Source: Isurus oxyrinchus (lineage: Eukaryota). From it: a stretch of DNA of 64,000 nucleotides. The stretch spans positions 29,264,001 through 29,328,000 of the forward strand of contig JANJGN010000026.1 in NCBI GenBank assembly GCA_026770705.1, given 5' to 3'. Shown here one piece after another: positions 1-11,575 of the stretch (the stretch's first letter is position 1; every line of letters begins with the position of its first letter). The translations under genes were made by a program, and so were the position numbers. The notes below the pieces were generated by a model. That model did not search any database, was not told the origin of the DNA, and saw only the letters and a program-made list of their open reading frames with translations.

Positions 1-309
1 AATAGCCAAATGAAAGTAAAAAATAAAGGCGAATATCTCCATTTGAGGATATTGGTTCCAAGTAATACCAATTATTCAGATTTCTACCTGCATCGTGGAT
101 CAAGTCGATAATCGATATCTCAATTTGCCCACGACTGGAAAAAGGCGGCTGCATCTAATATGTCTGTTCTTCAGCATGTAACAATCAGGCGGCTGACGTG
201 TTTCTCACAGACACGCCGGATATTCGAGTTGGTTTTCCTCTTGAAATGTCAAAAAGCCGTTGATGTCTTTTCACTCTAGCGGGGTTAGGGAGGTCGTGCC
301 CTTGTAATG

Positions 310-651
310 GGCTCAGAGAAACCATTTTATCCTCTGAAGCCCAGTTGTTAAAATCCTGGCCGCTCCGTGTGGTGGAAGTGACTATGGTGAGCAGTGCCTC
401 AGGTTGATTGACGTTTAAGGCACCCAGGGCTGCCAGGCAGCAAAATGGACATGAATGGACTTAAATACCCGAGATGAAAGAATGCAACCCATACGGTTGG
501 GGAACTTAATCCGGAGGAATGTAAAGTGTAAGAGATGTTCACAGGGTGAATTGATTTAACATTTCTTAACACAGTTTGTCTACTTTTGGGATTCATCAGC
601 CCAGCACAGACCGGACATGTGTGAGGAAATTACTTCATTAATAACACAGTG
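310..651 (+). pseudogene. Possible highly decayed antigen-receptor V relic
   Basis: Perfect heptamer CACAGTG at 645-651. Its spacer starts ATGGAAA like the RSS of the V at 3275. It is preceded by ISPAQ..YF-like codons, and a VVK-PGRSV FR1-like stretch lies ~290 nt upstream. No nonamer; many stops and frameshifts. Confidence 0.25.
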
Positions 652-1825
652 ATGGAAATTGACATCCTTCTACATCTCTCTAAGAATATTGCTAATCCCA
701 GGCTCAGGAAAGCATTTTCAGATTTACTTCAATAACCATAAACCTGATCACCACTGATCTGGAATTAAACTCTCCGGTGAATGCAGATAAGAGCATGGGA
801 ACAGGATATTCAATTAAACAAAATAGATGTTCATCAATTGCACAAAACCTCAACCAATTCCAATTTTTCAATTAAAGTGAGAAGCATATTTAATTCGAAA
901 CTGTAAACTTGAGGTATCGAGTTCATTGGTGCTTAAGCAATACTTGAAATTGGTCAATGATGAGTAGACGATAGAATATTAATAAGCATAAAACTGAAAG
1001 ATGATTTTTACAAATTAATTTTTCTAATATAAATGTCGGTTTCAATTGGTTGGTATAAAGGAAGCGATATTTTTGGAAAAAACGGTGTGCCAATACTGTC
1101 TCGGAAATCAATGAATTCTCATATGCTGCAGAATTATGGCACATACTGATTCTCATTACGATGAGCGTATTACATGCTTCAATTAGGTAACTATATACAC
1201 AGCATTCATCTTCATTTCATATATTGACATGTCCAAAACAAATATAATGAAGGAAGCGGATTGAAATCAACATGAAACGTTGCAGATTCGGGCTCCTAGT
1301 TCCGGTGACACATGCAGAGGGAATAGATTTTGTCATGATTCCCGCCTGTCACGTTAGCATTTCAAGTGTAACTGCTGTTATTTCAAACTTGCCTGTGAGC
1401 TGAGGAACGATTTTGCGCTACTATTAATGGAGGCTTTACATGGAGAACTTGTTGGAATGAGTTTTGAGACAAATTCGATTTTCTAAACCCCGCATTTTCA
1501 TGGAAAACCGAAAAGAGCGGCAGAGCGAACGGCCTATAGAGACAGACACCGAGACAGAGACAAAGAGACCGAGAGAGAGAGACACTGAGGACGCCAGCAA
1601 GTGAAGAGATCCTATCAGGCATTGTCATTCTCAACAGCTCTCATTGATTGGTGCGAAACTGTCATCACTTCTGACAGAGCAGCCAATCGTGTCCCTGAGG
1701 AAATCCCCTCAGTTTCTCAATGGATGATGCCGCTTTCGGTCCTGGGTTACACTTTAATATCCGACTAGACGGGTGAAAATATTTAGAATAATCTGTATTT
1801 TCTGTCGAACATTAAACCAGACGCT

Positions 1826-2284
1826 ATGAATTTCCCCGTGTTCCTTTCTGATGATACTGGCCTTACTGCCTGGTGAATTCATGTTTAAATAGTCAATGTG
1901 TTATCTAGGCGTTGTATTGAGTTTTGAACCATTCTGGATTTGTGTTGCAGCAACAATTAACGAGGGTCCAGTGTCCCAAGATCCGTCTGAATTAACGATT
2001 CGGGAAAGACAGAACATTATTCTCGACAACCTACGCGCTGCCCACACTCTGTTCCGGTATATTCAGTATTCCGGGAAAGTTCTGTGATATTTACGGAAGA
2101 TATAAGCCTTGGGGATTGAGGGGAGATCTCCAACTTACCAGACAAATTCTCTGCTGATTTGCACAATGGAAACAAACTGTTTCCTCCAAATATCGCAAAG
2201 GTGATTGTTGCCTGGAGCGCCGTGTCTTTCTGTGCTATGAAGCCCACATTGCTGCAGAGAGATAGCGGATCCCGGACAGAAACC
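1826..2284 (+). pseudogene. TCR alpha/delta-type V pseudogene (leader, intron, V exon, RSS)
   Basis: Leader 1826-1872 (MNFPVFL/LMILALLP, 47 nt = 1-nt frameshift) with GT donor; acceptor TTGCAG ends at 1950. V exon reads TINEGPVSQDPSELTIRERQNIIL...LFRYIQYSGK*...DKFSADLHNGNKLF...SAVSFCAMKP; first Cys lost, stops and frameshift. RSS CACATTG (2245-2251)-24 nt-ACAGAAACC (2276-2284). Confidence 0.85.
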
Positions 2285-2307
2285 CTCACTGACAGTTCCA
2301 TTAAGCT

Positions 2308-2324
2308 CCGACCAGAGGGCGCAC
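2308..2324 (+). promoter_or_regulatory. CTCF-binding motif just downstream of V RSS
   Basis: CCGACCAGAGGGCGCAC matches the CTCF core consensus; starts ~24 nt after the nonamer. Confidence 0.65.
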
Positions 2325-3242
2325 TCGGACGTATAACGAGAAACTATAATTCAATTTCCACAATGAGAATCTCAGGAACATTCCTGGAAGATCATAACAA
2401 AACACAACACTCAACAGGAAGAGGCCAAGAACACTTGCAGAATTATATTAGGTGGGTTCAACTCGCACTTATATTATAACCGACCCTCATAGGTTTATTT
2501 ACTTTAACTTGCATAATCATTTTACTGCAGTTTCACTGCCTGACTGTAATATTGAACAGCCCTTTCCCATTTCCCCTTTCAGTTTCCTGTAGCCTTTGGC
2601 CGCGGCCTATTCACAGGCTTTATTTGATCAGAGTGTGTTGCTGGGTCAGAGCGTGTTTATGTGCAATGAACAGATTTCACAAGATAGTGGCTGTGATCTT
2701 TAAAACAAACCCCAAGTACAAATTGAGCTTCAGAGTGTTTCCTTAATGCTGGAACCGTTTCTACCACCATTAACAATCCCGAGTTTGCTGGTGACAATGA
2801 ACAGGTCAGGGTTTTATTCCCATCACTCCCATCTCCAATAATGCTGCCATTCCCCTTTCAGGACACTTTGACTGTAGCCCAGCTCAGGGTGTTTCCATTC
2901 AATGTCAGACAGCTCGCCACAGACGGATCTCATAAAACCAGAGAGGCAGAAGGAAGTGAAGTGAGAACATCCTGAGATATGACAACAAATTATTGAGGGT
3001 GGGCATTAGAACAGGAGTCTTCAAATCTGATTCTGTGATGATCCTCCGAACGGATTGGATTCTGTAGCTTTTTACTCTCGGCCGCTGCTAAAAACAGTTG
3101 TTGATAGTCTGATCCGAGGTGAATGTGGTTTCCTTCCGGTTTGTGTTTGAGCGGCTGACAGAGCCGCTGAACATTGTGGCTGTATCTGCCGCCGATCCTA
3201 GGCAACCCGCAAGACAGGAGCTCCTATTCACAGTCCAAAGGC

Positions 3243-3742
3243 AGTTTTTGTACAGGGGTGACACTGTTTTCCATCATTGTGAGCCTCAGAGCGCAGTATT
3301 ACACGGCAGCGTCAGTCAGCTGCAGACGCGATATGCTCAAACTGGTGAATTTATTCGAGGTCTGGAGCTCTGCAGAGAAACGGCTTTTGGCAAAATCTGC
3401 TTTATCTTCATTATCGCCTTTCTATTTCCACAATATAAACTCAGGCTGTACATCTGGGTGTTTCTGGTGCCAGTATAAAGAGTAGTAGCTCATTGTAGTA
3501 TCATAGGTACAGCTTAAAGTTACCGCTTTTCCTTCTGTCTTAACATCTGAGGATAGCGGCTGAGTGACAGAATCTCCATGAATCACATCTGAAAAACATG
3601 TTCAAACAGAAACAATCAGGCCGAGGATTGTCTAAAATTGACGTTTTATCCATTTGTTTAAAATAGGAGGAAATATTAAATGTGGTCCACATCTACCTGT
3701 CAGAAATGATCCCCACACAACCCAGATTTTGAGTAGCCTCAT
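3243..3742 (-). pseudogene. TCR alpha/delta-type V pseudogene with intact leader and 23-RSS
   Basis: Leader 3742-3697 (MRLLKIWVVWGSFLT, 46 nt, GT donor). V exon 3588-3282: DVIHGDSVTQPLSSDVKTEGKAVTLSCTYDTTMSYYSLYWHQKHPDVQPEFILWK*...RFSAELQTSNKFTSLSISRLQLTDAAV*YCALR, two in-frame stops. RSS CACAATG-23-ACAAAAACT (3281-3243). TGACGTC CRE-like site near 3880. Confidence 0.93.
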
Positions 3743-4706
3743 TATCGCTGACCAGTCTGTAAAAAGGGAATTGGTTATTTGAAGACACCCGTTCTAAACC
3801 CCACCCTCAATAATCTGCTGTGGTGTCTCAGAATGTTCTCATCTCACTTCCGTGTGTCCCCAAAGGTGATGTGAGGACGTCAGCTGGTGAGTTGGCTTCC
3901 AATGAGTTGAAACATCCCTAGCTGGGTTACAGTAAGTGTTCTTATAGGTGAAATGGTTTCGCAGTTAGACACGTGGGACAGGAAACTGAAACTCTTGTTT
4001 ACTTGTTGTAACCGGAAACATGGGGTTGCCAATTGGGGTTGTTTATCCTAGCGTCAATTCTTCAGCTCATCTTCCTGTAGCTTTACCATCAGGGCACAGG
4101 TAACCGTGGCTCCAGTGAGATGTCCCTCCTCGACCAATGAAGTTGTGAACTAACAGTCACTCCGCATTTTTCCAGAGTGGTTTTTAGATCCGTCATAATA
4201 AAAGGATGATATCTGCTGTTACTGAGCACACAACTGAGTAAACACGTATAACAAACTCGTGCTGTAATTTAATCAGCTTTACCGGCACTGTCCTTTTCTG
4301 TGGTTTGCATTTAAATTTCTGTTTCAAGTTGTTCTGCTGAATTCTGAAATTCTTCGTATTGTGATGGTTAATCTAAATATCCATAATCTACAGGTTTAGA
4401 ATTTGCGATGGGAGACAATTTGGGGTGCGGCCCATCGGTGTTATTTTTTTAGCAATTTACCTCTCATTGGTTTAAAGTGGGCGGGAAGAGAGCGCGGAGA
4501 GCGGGTTCAAATTCTCCAGGGTGAGGTGTAGAGTGTGTTTTCGTTAACAAGAACTCAACACCAGCTGGACGGCTTTTACAACTTTCGCTAGGGTCAGGAA
4601 AAAGCAGTGCAGCAGAAAAAGAAATGAACCACAGACATTTTTAGTTTGCCTTGCGCTCCTTTAGCACTCATTTCCATCATCGGTGCAGTTAGAATTATTC
4701 TGATCT

Positions 4707-4722
4707 GTCGCCCTCTGGTGGC
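4707..4722 (-). promoter_or_regulatory. CTCF-binding motif
   Basis: Minus strand GCCACCAGAGGGCGAC, near-perfect CTCF core. Confidence 0.65.
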
Positions 4723-4894
4723 TATTCTGAGAAATGTTCAGGCGCCGTTGGTGAGGTTGCACGAGATTCTGTGTTTAAACAGCGACCTGATGCGACAGTT
4801 CATATTTGTAGGATGTTCAGTTTCAGCGGTCCTGAGTAAATATTCTGAACCGAAACAAAGGTTTTATATCATTCCACTAAAAGCTGTTGCAAGG

Positions 4895-5222
4895 AAGGGG
4901 AGGTGGTGGCATTGTGATATTGTCACCGGACTGGTAATCAAGAGACCCATGGCCGATGGTGGAATTTGAATTAAATAAAAATCTGGAATTAAAAGTCTGA
5001 TAATGATGATCATGAAACAATTTCCGATTGTCGTTAAAAAACACCCTTCTGGTTCATTAATGTCCTTCAGTGAAGGAAATCTGCCGCCCTTACCTGGTCG
5101 GCCAGACTTGTGACTCCAGACCCACAGCAATGTGGTTGATTCTGAACAAGTGCAGTTAGGGATTAGCGGTAAATACTGTCCCAGCCAGCGGCACCCACAC
5201 CCCATGAACGAATAAAAAAAGA
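4895..5222 (+). mobile_element. tRNA-derived SINE (elasmobranch family)
   Basis: tRNA-like head, conserved body (CTGGTTCATTAATGTCCTT...TGTGACTCCAGACCCACAGCAATGTGGTTG) and A-rich tail. The same family recurs at ~41540, ~57165, ~58230 and ~59025. Confidence 0.75.
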
Positions 5223-5458
5223 ATACGGGTAAAAAGTGAAGAAAGGCGATGAGGGGAAACAGGCAGGGAAAATATATAGAAAGACAGTTAAGGTTCCACA
5301 GATGCATTTTTTAAAATTATAAGTGCGAGTTGTTGATATAATTGTACAGTTGGGCCTCTCCTATACTTGTTGGGTGTTGTGTTTCACTGCAGTTTAAATA
5401 AACCACTTGTTAATCTCATGGCGGTGGTTAAATTATTGCCTCTGTTTCAGTCCTGCAG

Positions 5459-5476
5459 GACCGCCCTCTAGTGACC
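5459..5476 (-). promoter_or_regulatory. CTCF-binding motif just downstream of V RSS
   Basis: Minus strand GGTCACTAGAGGGCGGTC, ~21 nt beyond the nonamer of the V at 5498-5713; same relative position as the 2308 site. Confidence 0.6.
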
Positions 5477-5497
5477 CTAACTGAAACTCTGAGTATG

Positions 5498-5713
5498 GGT
5501 TTTTGCCCGGGATCCGCTGCATCTCTGCAGCATTGTGGATTCCATTGCATAGAAATACACGGCGGTGTTGGAGAACAGCGCTTTGATAATTGTTAACTCA
5601 GTAGTTTTTGTAGATTTAATAAACGTCGAAGAGAATCGCTCTATAAAGCCTGGGTCCTGCTTCGCAACCCCTCCAAAGAGATAAAACCTAAACCGTGGAG
5701 GCTGCCCGGGCTA
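5498..5713 (-). pseudogene. 5'-truncated TCR alpha/delta-type V pseudogene
   Basis: Reads PGQPPRFRFYLFGGVAKQDPGFIERFSSTFIKSTKTTELTIIKALFSNTAVYFYAME (second Cys to Tyr). RSS CACAATG-24-GCAAAAACC. The 5' half is replaced by an old LINE fragment. Confidence 0.85.
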
Positions 5714-5729
5714 CTAAATTAGTTCGCCA

Positions 5730-6160
5730 CAAAACCTGCTTGTGATAGTGATTTCCATATTCTACCCTCTCTCTGGGTAAATATGTTTCCCATTGAGTTC
5801 AATATTAGGTCTTTTTGTCTCTCATGATTAAATTCCACAGTTTAGAATTAAGCACAAGTGGAAACATCTCCATGTCTACCCTTTCAAACTCCATCATCAT
5901 TAAAATAACTCTGATTGGTTACCCATCTGTCTTCTCTTTCCTATAGTAAAGAAGACCAGGCTGCGCAGTGTTTTCTTTACCTCTCAAATCTGGCATCATC
6001 ATGGTAGTGCCTTGTTGCATTGTGTCTAAGCCTCTTTATATTCCTGCTGTAAGGAAGACACCAGGATTACTCACAACAGCTCAAGTGTTCTCTAACCAAG
6101 ATCTGCTGAATTTTTAACATGAACCCCGTTACTTTCAAATTAATTTCTCCAAAAATTAAA
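5730..6160 (-). mobile_element. Old CR1-like LINE 3' fragment
   Basis: Degenerate similarity to the CR1 RT C-terminal/3' sequences elsewhere in the window. Confidence 0.5.
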
Positions 6161-6654
6161 CCCATTTTAAAGTGTTTAACTTCTTACAGACAGTGAATGT
6201 CACTCAGTTCACAATAAGATCAAAACTCGCGTTGCTGTTGCTCTGGGAATTCAAGAAACTTTTTGGGTCTCAGAAATCTGCAAAATATTGAACAAAATAA
6301 AGCTTAGAACATTGGCTGAGGCTGGTCTAATGTCACTTCCTGCAGGACACGCGATAACAGGAGCTGCGATCGCTGGATCTGATTGACCTGATGCCATTTC
6401 CGTTACGACAAGTCTGTTTATTACAGAGAACTGAGACATTAACGCCGCATTCTGCTGACCACAGAGAAATGCGGGTAAGTATACACAACTTGATCTCTAA
6501 TTGACCTGAGAGATATTTTGAGCTTTAATGAACTGACATGAAGGTCTACTCAAAGAAAGAAATACAGGTGAAAATATAGATGGAGGTGTTCAGTTATTTC
6601 ACACATTATCACAAATTAGACTGAACTATTCGACTGGGTTGATGTCGGATTTCA

Positions 6655-7365
6655 CAAAATCACAGAATTACAGAGTGTAGAAGAGACTCTTCAGCCCATC
6701 GAGTCTGCACCAACACATGAGAAATACCTGAGCTACCTACCTAATCCCATTTACCAGCACTTGGCCCATAGCCTTGAATGTTATGCCAAGTACTCATCCA
6801 GGTACTCTTTGAAGGATGTGAGGCAACCTGTCTCCATCACCCTCCCAGGCAGTGCATTCCAGGCCGTCACCACCCTCTGGGTAAAAACGTTTTTCCTCAC
6901 ATTCCCCCTAAACGTCCTGCCCCTCACTTTCAACTTATGTCCCCTTGTGACTGACCCTTAAACTAAGGGGACCAGCTGCTCCCTATCCACCCTGTCCATA
7001 CCCCTCATAATCTTGTACACCTCGATCAGGTCGCCCCTCAGTCTTCTCTGCTCAAACAAAAACAACTCAAGTCTAACCAACCTCTCATCATGACTTAAAC
7101 GTTTCATTCCAAGCAAAATCCAGTTGAATCTCCTTTGCATCCCCTCCAGTGCAATCACATCCTTTCCCTAATGTGGCGACCAGAAATGCACACAGTACTC
7201 AAGCTGTGGCCTCACCAAGGTTCTATACAACTGCAACATGACCTCCTACTTTTGCAATCTATGCCTCGATTGATAAAGGCAAGTGTCCCATATGCCTTTT
7301 TCACCGCCCCACTAACATGCCCCTGTGCCTTCAGAGGTTTATGGACACACACGCCAAGGCCCCTT
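6655..7365 (-). mobile_element. CR1-clade LINE 3' fragment
   Basis: ORF remnants ALEGMQRRF...LSHDERL.RLELF..EQRRLRGDLIEVYKIMRGMDRVD, plus the typical 3' tail. Confidence 0.9.
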
Positions 7366-7986
7366 TGTAGTTTGAGATGTTAATTAGATAAACAGAAGGC
7401 TGAAGATAAAGAGTACATTTGCATTTGTTGATTAAACCATTCCAAAGAAGGGAGTAAAATCTTGCACCTAGCTAGTAGACAGCAAGCGATGCATATATTA
7501 CTAATAAAATTGGTGCTATGAAAGGGGTTTTATTGTTGTAACAGATGGAATTCAAAGACCTAGTGATGAAATGGGGGTTAGATTCTCAGGGAAGACTAAG
7601 CCAACAACGGTCTGCAAAGGAACCAAATTGCAAGAGACCTCACTTTCAATTCTTAAGGTTAAATGTTCTTTTCCTGGTATCTGTTTAAAGCCTATGGGTT
7701 ATTGTTGCCTTGGTAAAGATTTACCTGGGAGCGATTAAATTTGGGATTTGTTTAAATGTTATTGTGATAGGAACTTGCAGACATGTGTATGTGTTTAATT
7801 TCTTGTTAAATTACTAAGTGTTTAATCTAGTTTGCATAACAAAACCTCTTGAGGATTGTTGGTTTCATTACTGAATTCAGAGCTGCATCCCTAATACACC
7901 AATTGAAAATATAGGTCATGGCAGTTGTTCAAGCTTCTCTCTGGGATTTATACAACTCAGACTTTACCAACTGTTGTGTCTTAACA
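7366..7986. mobile_element. Possible solo LTR
   Basis: ~620-bp block bounded by TGT...ACA between a CR1 fragment and satellite relics; no TSD seen. Confidence 0.3.
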
Positions 7987-7989
7987 CGA

Positions 7990-8430
7990 GTGATATGTAA
8001 CGTTTGAGTCTGTCTCAGTTATTACTCTACTAGAATATATCTCTTTTCGTATTATATTACAGCCTGTCACATGCTGCACCACATCATTTCCCTGTTCGAT
8101 TGTACAAAGCCCTGTCTCTTTGTACATTCAACTGCACAATATCTCGTGAATTCTGGTAACAAGACCATGCCTGTATTAATATTATATCCTGTCTTTATCA
8201 TTGATATAGTAGATCATGTCTCTATTGATTGTGTACAATATTCTGCCTCCCTTTCAATTACGCTGGGCCATGTTCCATTATTACTGCACTCGATCATTTC
8301 TTTGGTTATATCACAATATGCATTGAGAGAGTTGTCGATACAGTCTCTGTATTATTCCACAAGGCCATTTTTAAGTTATTGTTACACCAGGCTTTTGACA
8401 CAGCCACAGTGAAGCAACGGTGATATAGTT
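7990..8430 (-). repeat. Degenerate outlier of the 54-bp minisatellite
   Basis: Recurrent TGTCTC/ATTACTGCACT-like words matching the reverse of the 29-39 kb array unit. Confidence 0.5.
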
Positions 8431-9425
8431 CTAAGTAAGAATCGTGTGTGGCTTGAAGGGGCAGTTGCAGGTGGTGGTCGCATGCATCTGCTGCCCTTGT
8501 CCTTCTGGGTGGTAAAAATCGTGGGTTTGGAAGGTGCTGTTGATGGAGCGTTGGTGAGTTTCTGCAGTGCTATAGATGGTATACACTGTTGCCATTGTGC
8601 ATTGGTGGTGAATATTTATTGTGGTGGATGGGGTGCATATCAAGCGGGCTGCTTTGTCCTGGATGATATCGAACTTATTGAGTGTTGGTGCAGCTGGACT
8701 CATCCAGGCAAGTGGAGAGTATTCCATCACACTTCTGACTTGTGCCCGCAGATGTTGAAAAGGCTTTAGGGAGTCATGAGGTGAGTTACTCTCCACAGGA
8801 TTCCTACCCTCTGATCTGCTTTTGTAGCCACAGATTCATATGGCTGGCCCAGTTCAGCTCCTGGTCAATGGTGACCCTCCAGGATGTTGACAGTGAGGAT
8901 TCAGTGATGGTGATGCAATTGAATGTCAAGGGAACATGGTTAGACTCCCTTTTGTTGTAGATGGTCATTGCCTGGCACTTGAGTGGCGCAAATGTTACTC
9001 GCCAGCTGCTGATCTAAACCTGAATATTATCCATGCCTTGTTGCATTTGGACATGGACTGCTTCAGTATCTGAAGAGTTCTGAATGGTGCTGAAAGTTGT
9101 GCAATCATTGGCAAACATCCCCACTTCTGTCCTTATGATTGAGGAACGATCATTGATGAAGCAACTGAAGATGGTTCAGCCTGGCCCCAAGACTGAGGTG
9201 AATGAGTTCGAAAAATGACAACCACCTTCCTTTCTGCTAGGTATGACTCCAATAAACGGAGAGTTTTTGCCATGATCCCTATTGACTTCAGTTTTGTTAG
9301 GGCTCCTTGATGCTACATGTGGTCAAATTCTGTCTTGATATCAAGGCCAATCACTCTCACCTTACCTCTGAAGTTCAGATCTTGTGCTCATATTTGAACC
9401 AAGGTTGTAATGAGGTCAGGCATTG
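8431..9425 (-). mobile_element. Non-LTR retrotransposon RT C-terminal fragment (family distinct from the CR1 copies)
   Basis: AQVRSVMEYSPLAWMS...DIIQDKAARLI motif. Probably related to the LINE-tail fragment at ~51745-51940. Confidence 0.75.
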
Positions 9426-10168
9426 AGGTCTATCATGATATGTCATGATGCACCCTGCCTCAGTTAATTCTGTAATCGATGTATCATTACGTCATGTGTC
9501 AGTGTCTCGAATGCTTCTTTCCTGAGCGCGTGTGAGCCCCTTTCTCACTGGGATCCGGGACTAAGGACTGACAGACACTGAGCTGATCCACCGAGGGAAT
9601 TCTCACCCACCTTCACAGGGATATCGCTCAGAACTTTTTGCCGTTCGATCACTTGCCTGGTTCTTTCTCATGAATTTATTTGTATTATTTTACTACCCTG
9701 TTTTTCCCCCTGTCGTCTGTCTGTTTTTTTCTCCACGAAATGCCACATTGTCAGTTTTCCTCTTGCTCGCATTCCCCGATCTCCCCCATTCACTTTATAA
9801 TCGGTGGATTGCCCAATAGTCGTGAGGCCTGGTCTGCAGGCTCTGTGAGCTGATGTCGGTTTGATGAAGGTTGAGTAACAGCTACTTCCTCCTTGGAGCT
9901 GATTTGAATATCGGTTCCTGATTTTAACCGAATAAGCAGTTAATTAGAAGGAGGGTTTAACCGGCTGATTGATGCTGTGATGATCTATCTGTCCTATTGG
10001 ATTCTGAAGTTTGTTTTCTCCTGGGAACATTGGGTGACAGTTTGATCCGAGGTGAATGTGGTTTCCTCTCTGTTTGTGTTTGAGCGGCTAAAAGCCACAT
10101 TGCGGCTTCCTCTGTCAAGGTTCTATACAAACCCCAACAGACTGGAGCTCTCGCCTACAGTTCAAGAC

Positions 10169-11019
10169 AATTTTTGCACAGGGGTGAGATTGATCTTCAT
10201 CACTGTGAGTTTGAGAGCGCAGTAATAGACGGCAGCGTCAGTCAGCTGCAGACTGAAGATGGTTAAACTGGTGAGAGTGTTGATGGTCTGGAGCTTTGCG
10301 GAGAAACGGATTCCAAAACCTTCTCCTTTCTGTCCCTGTGTATCCCAGGATCTTCTCAACTCAACAAACTGGGGCTCCTCTTCCGCTTGTTGCCGGTACC
10401 AGTGCAAAGTATAGTAGTTTTCTGCAGTGCTGTAGGTACAGTTTATAGTCACCCCTTCAGCTTCTGGCTTGTTGACTGAAGACTGGGGCTGAGTAACTGA
10501 ATCTCCATCACTTTGATCTGTAACATGTATTCAGGAGGAAGACAAAACCGAGAATTAAAAGGAGACAGTCAAACAATATTAACACTTTATGCGGGATTGG
10601 GGTGAAAGTACGTACTGGAGAAGGGGTTATGGGGGTCGGGGAATGCAAGTAGCGGGTTGGAAGTGATGGAGTGGGGGTGGTGCGGGGTGGTGGTGGGAAT
10701 ACAAGCCGCAAAATGCGGGCACGGCAAATGCGAGGTGGGAATTGGGTGCGTGGAATACGCTCTTAATCCAAGGCATTGAAGAATATGGCGTGGGGGGAAT
10801 AGAATGCGGTGTGTTGAGTAAAATCACAGCCCGTGGTGATAAGGAGGGAACGGCACAAAAGGAGGAGAAAAACATAACAAAGATAGAGAAAGAGAGAAGA
10901 GCGTGAAAAGATGCAAGTGATAAGATATGAACATTTTAGCTTGAACGCGACATGGCTGGACAATCATTCTTACCGACAGTAAGCGTGGCCAACAAAACCC
11001 AAGCACTCCATACCGGCAT
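10169..11019 (-). CDS. Apparently functional TCR alpha/delta V gene segment (leader + V exon + 23-RSS)
   Basis: Leader 11019-10974 (MPVWSAWVLLATLTV, 46 nt, GTAAG donor); acceptor TTACAG. V exon 10517-10208 is open: DQSDGDSVTQPQSSVNKPEAEGVTINCTYSTAENYYTLHWYRQQAEEEPQFVELRRSWDTQGQKGEGFGIRFSAKLQTINTLTSLTIFSLQLTDAAVYYCALK, with Cys23/Trp41/Cys104. RSS CACAGTG (10207-10201)-23-GCAAAAATT. TTGACGCAA CRE-like site ~117 nt upstream of the ATG. Confidence 0.93.
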
Positions 11020-11289
11020 GTCTGCTGCTGAACCCGAACCTGACTGTTCCTTTAAAGACACAAACGCTGAGTGGACATAAACTCACCAGTTGGTCCTTTG
11101 TCCTTTGTCACCTCCGCGTTTCGTTGCTCCTCCCATTGACGCAAAGTTTAATCTAATTGAGATGAGATTTAAATGAGGGTCAAAGATCAGATGAATATTG
11201 TTGACCCACAGCATAAAAAATTGTGTGCGGAGTTACTCACTCAGTGAGCGCAAGCAATGGTGTGAGGGAAAATGGAGTTTTTGTTTAGG

Positions 11290-11575
11290 ATTAGCAAGCA
11301 AGACATTTTTCATTTATACAGTGTTTTGCACGATCGCCGGACGTCTCAAAGCACTTTACCACCAATGAAGTGTAGAAACCGTTGCAATGCACAAAACGCG
11401 CCAATTAATTTGCTCTTAGCGAACTCGCACAAACAGGAATGTGATAATGACCAGGTCAACTGCTTTTTTTTTTTGCAATGTGAGTGAGGGATAAATATTG
11501 ATCAGAACACCAGGAGGAACTCCACAGCTTTTCGCATAAATATTGCCACCGTACAGGGTCTCGTTTTTCCGTTTC
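11290..11575 (-). mobile_element. Deu-domain-type SINE relic (AmnSINE/SacSINE-like)
   Basis: GACGTCTCAAAGCACTTTAC...GAAGTGTAG...CACAAACAG words; related to the + strand relic at ~39130-39395. Confidence 0.5.

Noticed and set aside
6325-6482. Decamer/ETS-like site plus GTAAGT donor as an orphan V leader
   Set aside because: No ATG-initiated hydrophobic leader and no downstream + strand V exon found.
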